In this document: piece after piece, positions 1 through 8,375 of the stretch
How the letters are laid out: each line of letters starts with the position of its first letter
How positions within the stretch are numbered: the stretch's first letter is position 1
Source of the DNA: a virus
Lineage: Duplodnaviria; Heunggongvirae; Uroviricota; Caudoviricetes
Reading direction: 5' to 3' (one strand)
IMG/VR virus record: IMGVR_UViG_3300045960_000077
Location: 1 to 47,421 of that record
DNA length: 47,421 nt
Notes under the pieces: generated by a model
Database searches by the model: none
Told to the model about the DNA's origin: nothing
The model's input: only the letters and a program-made list of their open reading frames with translations
Position numbers and translations under genes: made by a program

Positions 1-1
1 A

Positions 2-1318
2 TCCTGAAATACCAGAATATCCTTGAAGTCCCGTTGAGCCGCTGTAACCCGAAGTGCCGCTATATCCTGAATGTCCACTATGTCCTGAATAGCCCGATGT
101 TCCTGAAAGACCTGAATAGCCAGAAAGTCCCTGAACACCTTGAACCCCAGAGCCTGAATAGCCTGAAATTCCAGAGTAACCCGAAGAACCAGGATTGTCT
201 CCTGAGTATCCTGATTTGCCTGAATATCCACTATATCCTGAAGTTCCAATTCCTGAATATCCTGAAGATCCTGTGGCACCGGTAAATCCTGAATAACCTG
301 AACGGCCACTATATCCTGAAATTCCAGAATATCCGCTCACACCAGAACCGGAGTAGCCAGAGCGTCCAGAGTAACCAGATATACCGCTATCTCCTGAGTA
401 GCCCGAGATGCCAGAGTAGCCTGAGATTCCGCTATTGCCAGAATAACCACTTATGCCTGAGTAACCTGATGTACCGCTATCTCCAGAGTAACCTGAATAT
501 CCAGATAGTCCTGAATAGCCTGAAACCCCAGAATATCCCGACGTGCCGCTATCTCCAGAATAACCTGAAATGCCAGAGTAGCCTGAGTCACCAATTCCCG
601 AGTAGCCTGAGTCACCAATTCCCGAGTAGCCAGAATATCCACTTACGCCAGAACCAGAATATCCACTTTCACCTGATCCTGAATAGCCAGAGATGCCACT
701 ATATCCTGAAGTACCTGAATAACCAACTTCGCCAGATATTCCAGAATATCCAGAAGCACCCTCACCCGAATATCCGCTATAGCCAGAAATGCCATCTAAG
801 CCAGATATTCCCGAATCACCTGATGCACCATCAATTCCAGAGTAACCAGAGATTCCCGAATCACCACTATATCCAGAGAATCCAGAAAATCCAGATGCAG
901 TTGCTAAACCGTCTAATCCAGAATAACCCGATGCTCCAGAATAACCAACACCTGAATAGCCCGAATAACCACTTGTACCAGCGCCTGAATAGCCCGAAAC
1001 ACCTCTTCCAGAGTAGCCTGAAATGCCAGAATATCCTGAATGACCCGACATTCCCGACTGTCCCGATGTGCCCTTATAGCCGGAATAGCCAGATGTTCCA
1101 ATACCAGAGTAGCCAGAATAACCAGACTCACCCACGAAACCTGAATAACCTGAAGATCCTGGATTATCACCCGAAAATCCTGAATAACCAGACTGGCCGG
1201 GAGTTCCTGTCCCGGACGCATTCATTAACGTCCCATCAGCACCCCAGACTAAAAACTGACCTTCAGTCGGAGTTGGAGCATCTCTGAGATCGCGGAATAA
1301 GTCAAAAATTCTTCTCAT
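2..1318 (-). CDS. Gly-X-Ser (SGYSG) repeat fibre protein, collagen/polyglycine-II-like; 3' end lies beyond the window edge
   Basis: Missing from the ORF track. Manual translation from ATG at 1318 (just after the upstream TAA) gives MRRIFDLFRDLRDAPTPTEGQFLVWGADGTLMNASGTGTPGQSGYSGFSGDNPGSSGYSG..., open for 439 codons to the edge with Gly at nearly every third residue. Confidence 0.9.
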   Translation of the reverse strand, partial: MRRIFDLFRDLRDAPTPTEGQFLVWGADGTLMNASGTGTPGQSGYSGFSGDNPGSSGYSGFVGESGYSGYSGIGTSGYSGYKGTSGQSGMSGHSGYSGISGYSGRGVSGYSGAGTSGYSGYSGVGYSGASGYSGLDGLATASGFSGFSGYSGDSGISGYSGIDGASGDSGISGLDGISGYSGYSGEGASGYSGISGEVGYSGTSGYSGISGYSGSGESGYSGSGVSGYSGYSGIGDSGYSGIGDSGYSGISGYSGDSGTSGYSGVSGYSGLSGYSGYSGDSGTSGYSGISGYSGNSGISGYSGISGYSGDSGISGYSGRSGYSGSGVSGYSGISGYSGRSGYSGFTGATGSSGYSGIGTSGYSGYSGKSGYSGDNPGSSGYSGISGYSGSGVQGVQGLSGYSGLSGTSGYSGHSGHSGYSGTSGYSGSTGLQGYSGISG

Positions 1319-1319
1319 C

Positions 1320-1652
1320 TTATATGTCCCTTGTCGAGATTATTTCAGGCTGGAGATCAATTTCGTACATCTGCAGCGTTTGATAAGAACCTGCAACAGT
1401 TAGACGAACTAATTCGCCGTAGTATTTACTTGTATCAAGCGTTGCGGTAAGATCGTTGGTAATAGTAACTTCAAAAAGCCCATTGACTGCATCTGTTATA
1501 GTGCATTCTATGGGCTCTATCGCATAAAATTCATCTTTTCGGTCATTTTTCATCGCGAAATACATCTTGTCGTCATTAGATATAGTGCGATGGAGATCGA
1601 ACTGAAGGTTTATCGTCCGATCCCGAACAAATATCATTTTCGTTACAGCCAT
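1320..1652 (-). CDS. BppU-N-like fibre/baseplate attachment protein
   Basis: 110 aa beta-rich ORF with an AGGAGA RBS. The pattern (move to fixed table, DAVNGLFEVTIT..DT, YYGEL) resembles BppU N-terminal domains; it lies next to the fibre gene. Confidence 0.5.
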   Translation of the reverse strand: MAVTKMIFVRDRTINLQFDLHRTISNDDKMYFAMKNDRKDEFYAIEPIECTITDAVNGLFEVTITNDLTATLDTSKYYGELVRLTVAGSYQTLQMYEIDLQPEIISTRDI

Positions 1653-1677
1653 CAGTTTCTCCTAAGACACCTCTATC

Positions 1678-1690
1678 TGTTTATAAATTA
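1678..1690 (-). promoter_or_regulatory. Candidate late promoter element TAATTTATAAACA
   Basis: Identical 13-mer also found in the intergenic gap at 20973-20985, in the same orientation upstream of an RBS. Confidence 0.4.
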
Positions 1691-1708
1691 ATGAAATTGA
1701 ACCGATTA

Positions 1709-2173
1709 CTAGGGTAAAAGTACCTTGGTAACGACAAAAACTGCGACAGTTGCAGAGATTGTGAACCAGGGTTGTCTATACCACACAGATTTTGCAGCAA
1801 GTTCTTCTTTTAATCCCTTTTCAACAGCAGCAGCTTCTTTCATTTTCAGTTCTAGCGTTAGATCTGCGATCTTTTTCTCTGCTGCTAATTTCTCTTCATA
1901 ATACTGCTTCTGAATCTCACCAAGTGATTTATAGTAATCTGAATCCTGAACAGCAATGACGCATTTCTGTAAACGATCTTGTTCAACAAGATAACCATCA
2001 AATGGAGCAGGAACGCCCTTGACGAGATAAACTGTCGGATTCAAGCCGGGAGCTTTGAGTGACTTCAGTGCCTCGATGTCAAGAGCAAACGAGCTATTTA
2101 CTAGGGACGTAACCGTCAATAGTATTATCAAAGAAGCTAGAAATAACTTTTTTGTCGCCGCTATTAAATACAT
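1709..2173 (-). CDS. Secreted coiled-coil protein with C-terminal hydrophobic anchor; spanin-like partner
   Basis: Signal peptide ending SSFA, coiled coil, hydrophobic C-tail WYRQPWFTISATVAVFVV; GAGAGGA RBS embedded in the upstream gene; 80 nt overlap. Confidence 0.45.
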   Translation of the reverse strand: MYLIAATKKLFLASLIILLTVTSLVNSSFALDIEALKSLKAPGLNPTVYLVKGVPAPFDGYLVEQDRLQKCVIAVQDSDYYKSLGEIQKQYYEEKLAAEKKIADLTLELKMKEAAAVEKGLKEELAAKSVWYRQPWFTISATVAVFVVTKVLLP

Positions 2174-2471
2174 TGGTCGTTGTTCCTCTCAATTTATTTT
2201 TGATACCCACAATTTCATCTCGTTGAAGGCTATATTTGTATTCGAGTTGTTGAGTTCTATCTTTCAGCACTGCTAGGTTGTCATAGAGTGCTTGATTTTC
2301 TTGACGAAATTGAGTTCTAAGTTTTTCAGCAAGAGCGTTAGCTTGACCTGTTGCATACCATTGGCCTATGAGCACCAAAACTATGATAACAACAATCAAT
2401 GCCGCCGCACCAATGATGTAATGCCTAAATCGCATCCAAAAATCACTCACAGTTGCTTTAATATCAGCCAT
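2094..2471 (-). CDS. Inner-membrane spanin (Rz-like) candidate
   Basis: N-terminal TM helix (IIGAAALIVVIIVLVLIG) followed by a predicted coiled coil; overlaps the downstream gene. Confidence 0.5.
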   Translation of the reverse strand: MADIKATVSDFWMRFRHYIIGAAALIVVIIVLVLIGQWYATGQANALAEKLRTQFRQENQALYDNLAVLKDRTQQLEYKYSLQRDEIVGIKNKLRGTTTNVFNSGDKKVISSFFDNTIDGYVPSK

Positions 2472-2480
2472 ACTTACTCC

Positions 2481-3068
2481 TTACGTTCTATATCCGAGCA
2501 CATTGACAATTACAACGTATGTGCTCAATGCATTAAAGTAAATATCAAACGAACGACCAGCTTCATAAGGAAGTTCAATCATACTAGTATCTGAAGCATT
2601 ATCATCGCTGTTAGCTCTCGATCTAGAATATACGCCTACAAACTCTGGGACCGACGTTGATTTCACAGATATATAAGCTGCAGAAGAAGACATAGACATA
2701 GCAACAAGTTGAATCAAAATAGATCCTACACCTGTAGGAACCGTAACGGGATATGTCAGCGTCTTCCAAACTCTAATATCTCCAGTATTATGTGTTGTTG
2801 CTGGAGACCAAGCAGGAGGTGTTCCATTTTCGGTCGCAATACCTGTATTATTTGCAAGATATAGTTGAACGGGTGTTATTCTAACTATTGCCGAAGGAGG
2901 CACAGCTTGCAAAGCTGCAATTGCAGGGTCAATTGTATTATCCAAATAATCTTTAATCGCATTATCATTCGAAAGCAATCCAGCATGAGGAGTATTGTGC
3001 GCTGTAAAACTATGCACAGTATCGGCAGCAAATGGAGTATATGTTGGGTACGGTAATGTCAAAGCCAT
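2481..3068 (-). CDS. Tail fibre/receptor-binding-associated structural protein
   Basis: 195 aa, short helical N-terminus plus beta-rich C-terminus; downstream of the baseplate genes. Confidence 0.45.
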   Translation of the reverse strand: MALTLPYPTYTPFAADTVHSFTAHNTPHAGLLSNDNAIKDYLDNTIDPAIAALQAVPPSAIVRITPVQLYLANNTGIATENGTPPAWSPATTHNTGDIRVWKTLTYPVTVPTGVGSILIQLVAMSMSSSAAYISVKSTSVPEFVGVYSRSRANSDDNASDTSMIELPYEAGRSFDIYFNALSTYVVIVNVLGYRT

Positions 3069-3080
3069 TTTATTTTCCTC

Positions 3081-3575
3081 TTAGAAGATTATTTTCCAGT
3101 CTATTGTGATAGTTCGTGTATCTGCTACCGTTATAGAACTTAAAGTTGTTTTTAGTCTTGCAATCATTGTTCCTGTCATTGTAGGAGGATCAGAGCCTCG
3201 TGTTGGAAAGCTGTCTGAATCAGGACGATAGAATAATCCCAGCTCTCTAATTATTGTGTCCCCAGCAGCCGTAAAGGTAAATTGAAAATGTACACCAGTA
3301 GGAGCTTCTGGATAACTAACTATAGTTGCGCCTGCAGCTAATGAATTAGTAAAATTAATAAGATCTAGTTGATCTGGAGCTGAGTTAGTAGCATCATCGC
3401 CTAAGTCACAAGCTATTTTTGTAGAAAGTGCTGCATCTGCTACATCACCTCTAAATATTTTCGCAATCAATTCTCGACCAGAGTCTACAAAGAGATTGCT
3501 ATCAGCGAAAAGAATTTTGCCTTCTTCGTCTTTAATACACACATTAGCCTTAGAATATTTTAGAATTTCTTTCAT
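3081..3575 (-). CDS. Baseplate/tail-fibre attachment protein
   Basis: Likely start MKEILKY at 3575 (TAATG coupling, AAGGA RBS) rather than 3653. N..VDSGRELIA and FTF...IIRELGLF motifs are typical of myovirus fibre-attachment proteins. Confidence 0.55.
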   Translation of the reverse strand: MKEILKYSKANVCIKDEEGKILFADSNLFVDSGRELIAKIFRGDVADAALSTKIACDLGDDATNSAPDQLDLINFTNSLAAGATIVSYPEAPTGVHFQFTFTAAGDTIIRELGLFYRPDSDSFPTRGSDPPTMTGTMIARLKTTLSSITVADTRTITIDWKIIF

Positions 3576-5851
3576 TATGATGTCCTTGTTAATGTAACAA
3601 TGTCGTCGGGACCATCGTTTCCATAGAATTTCTTTCCATCGCCCATCGTCCACTGATTATCTAAATACAGTTCTTCATCAATTGCCCAGTCATCTCCAGC
3701 AGTTGTTTTAGACCCAGTATAGGTAGGAGCTCCCATAAATATTGGGCCATAGGGAATATTTCCGTATATGACATCCCAATCGTCGAATGAAGCAATAACA
3801 TCTTGAACAATTTTAATCAAAACATTTCCCAGAGCAGCTAGAGGGAAGATTGTATCAAAAATCTCGTTCAAAGCAGAGTCGGGCAATGAGACAACGCCGA
3901 GATTAACACTATAAATATTTGACAAAAGCTTTGGATGAATGCTTACATTTGATGACGTTACTAGTTCAGGATCAGAAGCAAGAACTGCCAAGTGATAAGA
4001 AACTCCCGCAATGTCGGCTTTTATATAATCATATTGACTTGGAATTCCTGAAGCTATATTTCTCTCGAATGTAAGAACTCCCCCAATATTGCTAAGGAAA
4101 TTTCCATAGTTCGTAGTCAATCCATCTTGTGACACAAAAGTAAGTAATGTGCCTGGAGTGTTCACCCAGAAACCCAATGTATTATAAAGAGGATCGTGCT
4201 TTAATGTACCTGATGTTATTGGACCATCTTGTAAGCACGACACATTGTCGACGTACCCTATTGTCGTTCCTGCTTGATAGAATCTAAGATAACAATCATT
4301 TGGAGCGCTTCCTGCAATTATTGATATCGTATGTCCTGTTCCAACGTTATATAGTGTTGGACCGCCTAATTGCGTCCCGCCGGACGTCGTTCCCAATGTC
4401 ACATAAACAGACCCGGCAAGAACATCAAACGTAATATCAAAAGCTTCTCCAACAACTGTAGGAATTTTATATTCTCTAGCAGCGACTCCATACTGGAGCT
4501 TCATTGCTCCACCGTATTCTGCAGTCCATAATGAAACACCTGGAGCTGGCCATCCATATCCTTCTATACGAACATCATATACATATGTAGGAGTATAACT
4601 ACTTCCAAATTCATCAGTATATGTTCCTTCATTCATGACTTGTACTCTGACTTGTGATAAATCCTGATCAAGCGGAAGTGCTATTGTTACTGTTCCTTCT
4701 GCAAGACCGGCATCATTAATACCGCCACCAATGATTATAGGAACCGATATCGTTGTCCAGTTAACTCCGTTATTTTTTGAATATTTGTATGATGCAAACC
4801 ATGCTGATGATGGGCCTCTTACTTTTACAATAAGATTCACACTTGTGGCGCCTCCGGCGGGACCAGTAAATCCCGAAACAGTGAATATAGAAGGACTACC
4901 ACTTTGCCATGATCCTCCTAAAACTTCTGCATACGAATTAACGTTCGTATCATAAGCGTATGTTGGATTTGTAACTGAATATATTCCACTTACAGTATAC
5001 GTCGTCGGTCTAAAAGTTCTTGGAGTTGGGTCAGGCGGGCCTTCATTACCCGCATCATATATTCGCCAAAAGGCCTGATTATGCTGATCATGAGAAACCT
5101 GAGCCATAGACTCGGCTGTATCAAAAGCGCCGAGTGAAATTAATTCAACTTTACCTGCTGCAGGAGGGCCTGTTGGAATTGCTCTAAATAAATTAGTGTT
5201 ATTGCCTTGAATCCAAGCAGGTTGAGTGTCGGGGCCCACATAATCAGAATAAACTAATGTTGAACCATCGTCCGACACACACTTCGCCGTAAAACTTGGA
5301 CCAACGAATCCAAAAGTGATTATTTCGTCAGTAAAATATCGTAAATCCCAATCTGCCGTAAGTTTTGCAATAGCTTGTTCTGGAAGAACCTTGAATGTAT
5401 CAGCTGGAGTTCCAGAGTCTGTAACAGTCGCATCTCGTCCAAGCTTCAATAGCATAGTCTTTTTAAGAGCTAAGTTAGAAATTTTATCCCAGAAAACGCT
5501 GTCAACAAGACGCTGGCGATATTCAGCATCTGTTTCTGGACGTAGTTCGCCTGTAACAGCATCAGTGACATTTTCTCTTGAAATGCCGACGATACCGTTC
5601 CACATATTGAGAAAGACGTCGATTGCCTTTTGAAGATTGAGCTGCTTTAGAGCTTCTTTTATCTCGAATCTGCTTTGAGCAAGTTCTGAAGCAAGAGATT
5701 CTACAAACGATTTCCACAAAATCGAATCTTCATATTGCTTTCGAATCTCTGGAGTAAATCTTAAAAGAAGTTCTTCAAGAGTCTTCTTATGAAGCTCCTC
5801 ATAAATGGCCAGCTTGAAGTTATAGTTTGTTACCTGATTTGATAGACTCAT
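3575..5851 (-). CDS. Baseplate wedge protein (P2 gpI/Mu gp48-like N-terminus) with inserted beta-sandwich domains
   Basis: 758 aa; FLNMWNGIVGISRE...ETDAEYRQRL is a gpI-like motif; long Gly/Ser/Thr-rich beta middle. Confidence 0.65.
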   Translation of the reverse strand: MSLSNQVTNYNFKLAIYEELHKKTLEELLLRFTPEIRKQYEDSILWKSFVESLASELAQSRFEIKEALKQLNLQKAIDVFLNMWNGIVGISRENVTDAVTGELRPETDAEYRQRLVDSVFWDKISNLALKKTMLLKLGRDATVTDSGTPADTFKVLPEQAIAKLTADWDLRYFTDEIITFGFVGPSFTAKCVSDDGSTLVYSDYVGPDTQPAWIQGNNTNLFRAIPTGPPAAGKVELISLGAFDTAESMAQVSHDQHNQAFWRIYDAGNEGPPDPTPRTFRPTTYTVSGIYSVTNPTYAYDTNVNSYAEVLGGSWQSGSPSIFTVSGFTGPAGGATSVNLIVKVRGPSSAWFASYKYSKNNGVNWTTISVPIIIGGGINDAGLAEGTVTIALPLDQDLSQVRVQVMNEGTYTDEFGSSYTPTYVYDVRIEGYGWPAPGVSLWTAEYGGAMKLQYGVAAREYKIPTVVGEAFDITFDVLAGSVYVTLGTTSGGTQLGGPTLYNVGTGHTISIIAGSAPNDCYLRFYQAGTTIGYVDNVSCLQDGPITSGTLKHDPLYNTLGFWVNTPGTLLTFVSQDGLTTNYGNFLSNIGGVLTFERNIASGIPSQYDYIKADIAGVSYHLAVLASDPELVTSSNVSIHPKLLSNIYSVNLGVVSLPDSALNEIFDTIFPLAALGNVLIKIVQDVIASFDDWDVIYGNIPYGPIFMGAPTYTGSKTTAGDDWAIDEELYLDNQWTMGDGKKFYGNDGPDDIVTLTRTS

Positions 5852-6180
5852 GGCCTGTCACCGTTCTTATTGTAAGCAAGAACTCTATAATAGAGCACAT
5901 AGAGGCTATATACTGCTGGAATGAAATGATTGTATGAAACTTGTTCATCAACTGTTAGCCCTGGAGTTGGAACATCGGTTGTTATTACATGCACGCCTCG
6001 ATCGTGAATAGTTTCAAAAGGCTTTGCCGACCAATATACCGCAAAAAAATCCGTAAAATACGGTGAATTCCAAGACAATTCTGAAATATCTTCGGTCGGC
6101 AATATCGACAATACAGGTGGAGCAGGAATCTGCGATGTTGCATTCACCTCAGCTGTATTAATCGAATGAAAATTAAACAT
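5848..6180 (-). CDS. Small virion structural protein (FN3-like fragment)
   Basis: 110 aa, coupled to both neighbours; LSW...F.VYWS...YYRVLAYN pattern. Confidence 0.4.
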   Translation of the reverse strand: MFNFHSINTAEVNATSQIPAPPVLSILPTEDISELSWNSPYFTDFFAVYWSAKPFETIHDRGVHVITTDVPTPGLTVDEQVSYNHFIPAVYSLYVLYYRVLAYNKNGDRP

Positions 6181-6896
6181 TAGTTTCTATCTACCGTCAA
6201 TGATATCGTGCATTTAGTGATTGTGTTGCAAGTTGTGACATCAAAATAGAGAATTTCACCGGCTTCAAAATTACGAACCCAATTTCCTGCAACAAGAGCC
6301 GCCGGGAGGATTTCAGACTTAAATCCAGAACTAATTGTTGGTGGCGCAGTACCTACAATCGAATCTCCTGATTGATCAATCGTTGGATCATAATTCTCAT
6401 AAGTGTCTTTATAAATATCAAATACTATGTCGCCAGATAGATCGGCAAATAATCTCACTGCTTCTATCGATCCGCTGAATGGGAGTTCAATAAAGCCTTT
6501 CATGCCTGTAGTTATAGCAGAACCGCCACCATCTACAACAAATACAATCGATCCTTTTTTTATAGCATCAATGAATCCAGCTGTCAAGCGAAGCTCGACT
6601 AAATCATTAGCAATGAATCCTCTTGCCGTCGTTCCTTCCTGACCTCGACCTAATACATTCGGATCTGAGCTTCCAGGAATACCTACTGTGAATGTGTCGC
6701 CTGACCTAGCAACAATAGTGACTATCTCTCTTTGACCCGATGCATTCTCCAGTGTCACCATGAAATGATCAACACCAGATGCATCCAACACAGGAAATAG
6801 ACTTCCCTCACTTGTCAGAATAGTAAAGGTCGTCGAAGTTTCTGAGATGTCCGCAGACAATCTTGATTTTGCGTTATTATTAAATAATTGTGCCAT
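6180..6896 (-). CDS. Tail structural protein, two-domain
   Basis: NNAKSRL...FP...EIV...RGQEGTTARGF..NDLVELRLTA N-domain, as seen in tail proteins of Gram-negative phages, plus a beta-sandwich C-domain. Confidence 0.55.
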   Translation of the reverse strand: MAQLFNNNAKSRLSADISETSTTFTILTSEGSLFPVLDASGVDHFMVTLENASGQREIVTIVARSGDTFTVGIPGSSDPNVLGRGQEGTTARGFIANDLVELRLTAGFIDAIKKGSIVFVVDGGGSAITTGMKGFIELPFSGSIEAVRLFADLSGDIVFDIYKDTYENYDPTIDQSGDSIVGTAPPTISSGFKSEILPAALVAGNWVRNFEAGEILYFDVTTCNTITKCTISLTVDRN

Positions 6897-6908
6897 GTTT
6901 ATTTCCTC

Positions 6909-8363
6909 TTAATAAAGATATGAAGCATTTGAATTAAGCTGTCTAAAGAAAAGGCTGTCTTGAACAATCTTGCTGGAGCCCGGAGGATTACCGACAGGAT
7001 CATTGACATTTTGTTCATTTATATTATTGAATTTAAAATACATCATTGGCATTAACATGCTATCATCGGGTTGATTTCCTGTAATAGTCCACGAAGTTGG
7101 GCTTGGTTTAGAAATATAAGTATGAAGAATAGAATCGTAATGTTCGCCTTCACCAAATTTATCATAATCATCATTGATCATTAAATTAACTAAATAAGTA
7201 CCGTCTAATTGCGAGTCTGATAAGAGATGCTTTCTAATAGAGATCTTCAAATTAAGCTTTACTGGGAACTCAGAATTATATGTGAAAGAATCTGATTTTG
7301 CAAGTTCAGTTACTGGTGAAAATGTCGTTGTCTTACCAACATCGGGGTTTGTAGATATGAGATATCCGAGAGCACTTCCGGGGAAAACATCATTACCGTA
7401 CAATTTAAAATAATCTGTTCCTAAGATTCCGTTCCATGCTGAACTGTCAGGTATCAAACCCCAGTTAAACTTAACTATAGCAAACTCTAGATTAGAACCA
7501 GATCCAGAAGGACGAAGAACAATAGCATATGAATTAAAAGCAATTTCAAAGTGAGTTGAAGTTCTAGTGACAATTGTTGAATCACTATAGCCAAAGAAAT
7601 AAGCCCATAATACAGGCTTTACATTATTCCCTGCAGTGTCGACGACATTGAATAAGTTAGAGTTTATTCCGCCTTGCGGATCGATGTCTGATCCCGTTTG
7701 AAATCTGAATCTAGTATATAAATCTGATGGTAGAATTCGAGTAAAAGTTGCTGTGGGAACAGCGTATATGTTTTTTAATGTAAAAAGTGTAGATGTAAAG
7801 CTTTTTCCTCTAGCATCTGTTGGAGACCTATAATCAGCAATTTGAAAAACAGGACCCAAAGCAACTCCAGATGAACCCGATATAAGAGCCGCCGCTGAAT
7901 ATGACGTCGCAACAGGAAGTTTTGTTTCAAAATCAAATGTTGATAAATCCCCAGCAATAGAATACACAGTCCACGTTCCATTTATTGATGGATGCGCATC
8001 GTCCCAATCAACTCCAGTTATAGCAACGATATCGCCGACTGCATAAGAATGAGGAGCTGTTGTTGTCACTGTGCAGGTTCTTATTCCTGTGTCGGGATCT
8101 TCTGTTATAACTACATCGCTTATAACATAAGAAACTGGCGACATGGCGTCCATATATTTATAATCCATATTTACTGGGTTGGGAATTGAAACTGTTCCCG
8201 TCGTTAAAGGAAGTTGATCAAATTCAGCTCCTTCAAGAGAGTTATTTGCATATGCAGCTGGAAGAAACGACCCTATTTCACAGTCGGCAAAATAAATATA
8301 CGGATATTTACCCACAACGTCATACGGAGTAGCATCTCTAAACTTTAAGTCGTGTGATGACAT
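6909..8363 (-). CDS. Virion structural protein with FCCH-like beta domain
   Basis: TVTTTAPHSYAVGDIVAITGV...NGTWTV motif common in phage tail/baseplate proteins; operon position. Confidence 0.5.
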   Translation of the reverse strand: MSSHDLKFRDATPYDVVGKYPYIYFADCEIGSFLPAAYANNSLEGAEFDQLPLTTGTVSIPNPVNMDYKYMDAMSPVSYVISDVVITEDPDTGIRTCTVTTTAPHSYAVGDIVAITGVDWDDAHPSINGTWTVYSIAGDLSTFDFETKLPVATSYSAAALISGSSGVALGPVFQIADYRSPTDARGKSFTSTLFTLKNIYAVPTATFTRILPSDLYTRFRFQTGSDIDPQGGINSNLFNVVDTAGNNVKPVLWAYFFGYSDSTIVTRTSTHFEIAFNSYAIVLRPSGSGSNLEFAIVKFNWGLIPDSSAWNGILGTDYFKLYGNDVFPGSALGYLISTNPDVGKTTTFSPVTELAKSDSFTYNSEFPVKLNLKISIRKHLLSDSQLDGTYLVNLMINDDYDKFGEGEHYDSILHTYISKPSPTSWTITGNQPDDSMLMPMMYFKFNNINEQNVNDPVGNPPGSSKIVQDSLFFRQLNSNASYLY

Positions 8364-8375
8364 TTTATTCCCTCG

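Noticed and set aside
576-631. Exact 24-nt direct repeat resembling a CRISPR repeat
   Set aside because: No spacers; it is an in-frame duplication (GIGDSGYS) within a coding repeat
34-1287. Gln/Asn/Leu-rich ORFs on the plus strand and alternative minus frames
   Set aside because: Shadows of the periodic GYS gene; periodic DNA suppresses stops in other frames. The same applies to 29538-29777 and 29784-30083
3576-3653. N-terminal extension MDDGRW... of the 190 aa ORF
   Set aside because: It overlaps the upstream gene; TAATG coupling and the RBS favour the start at 3575
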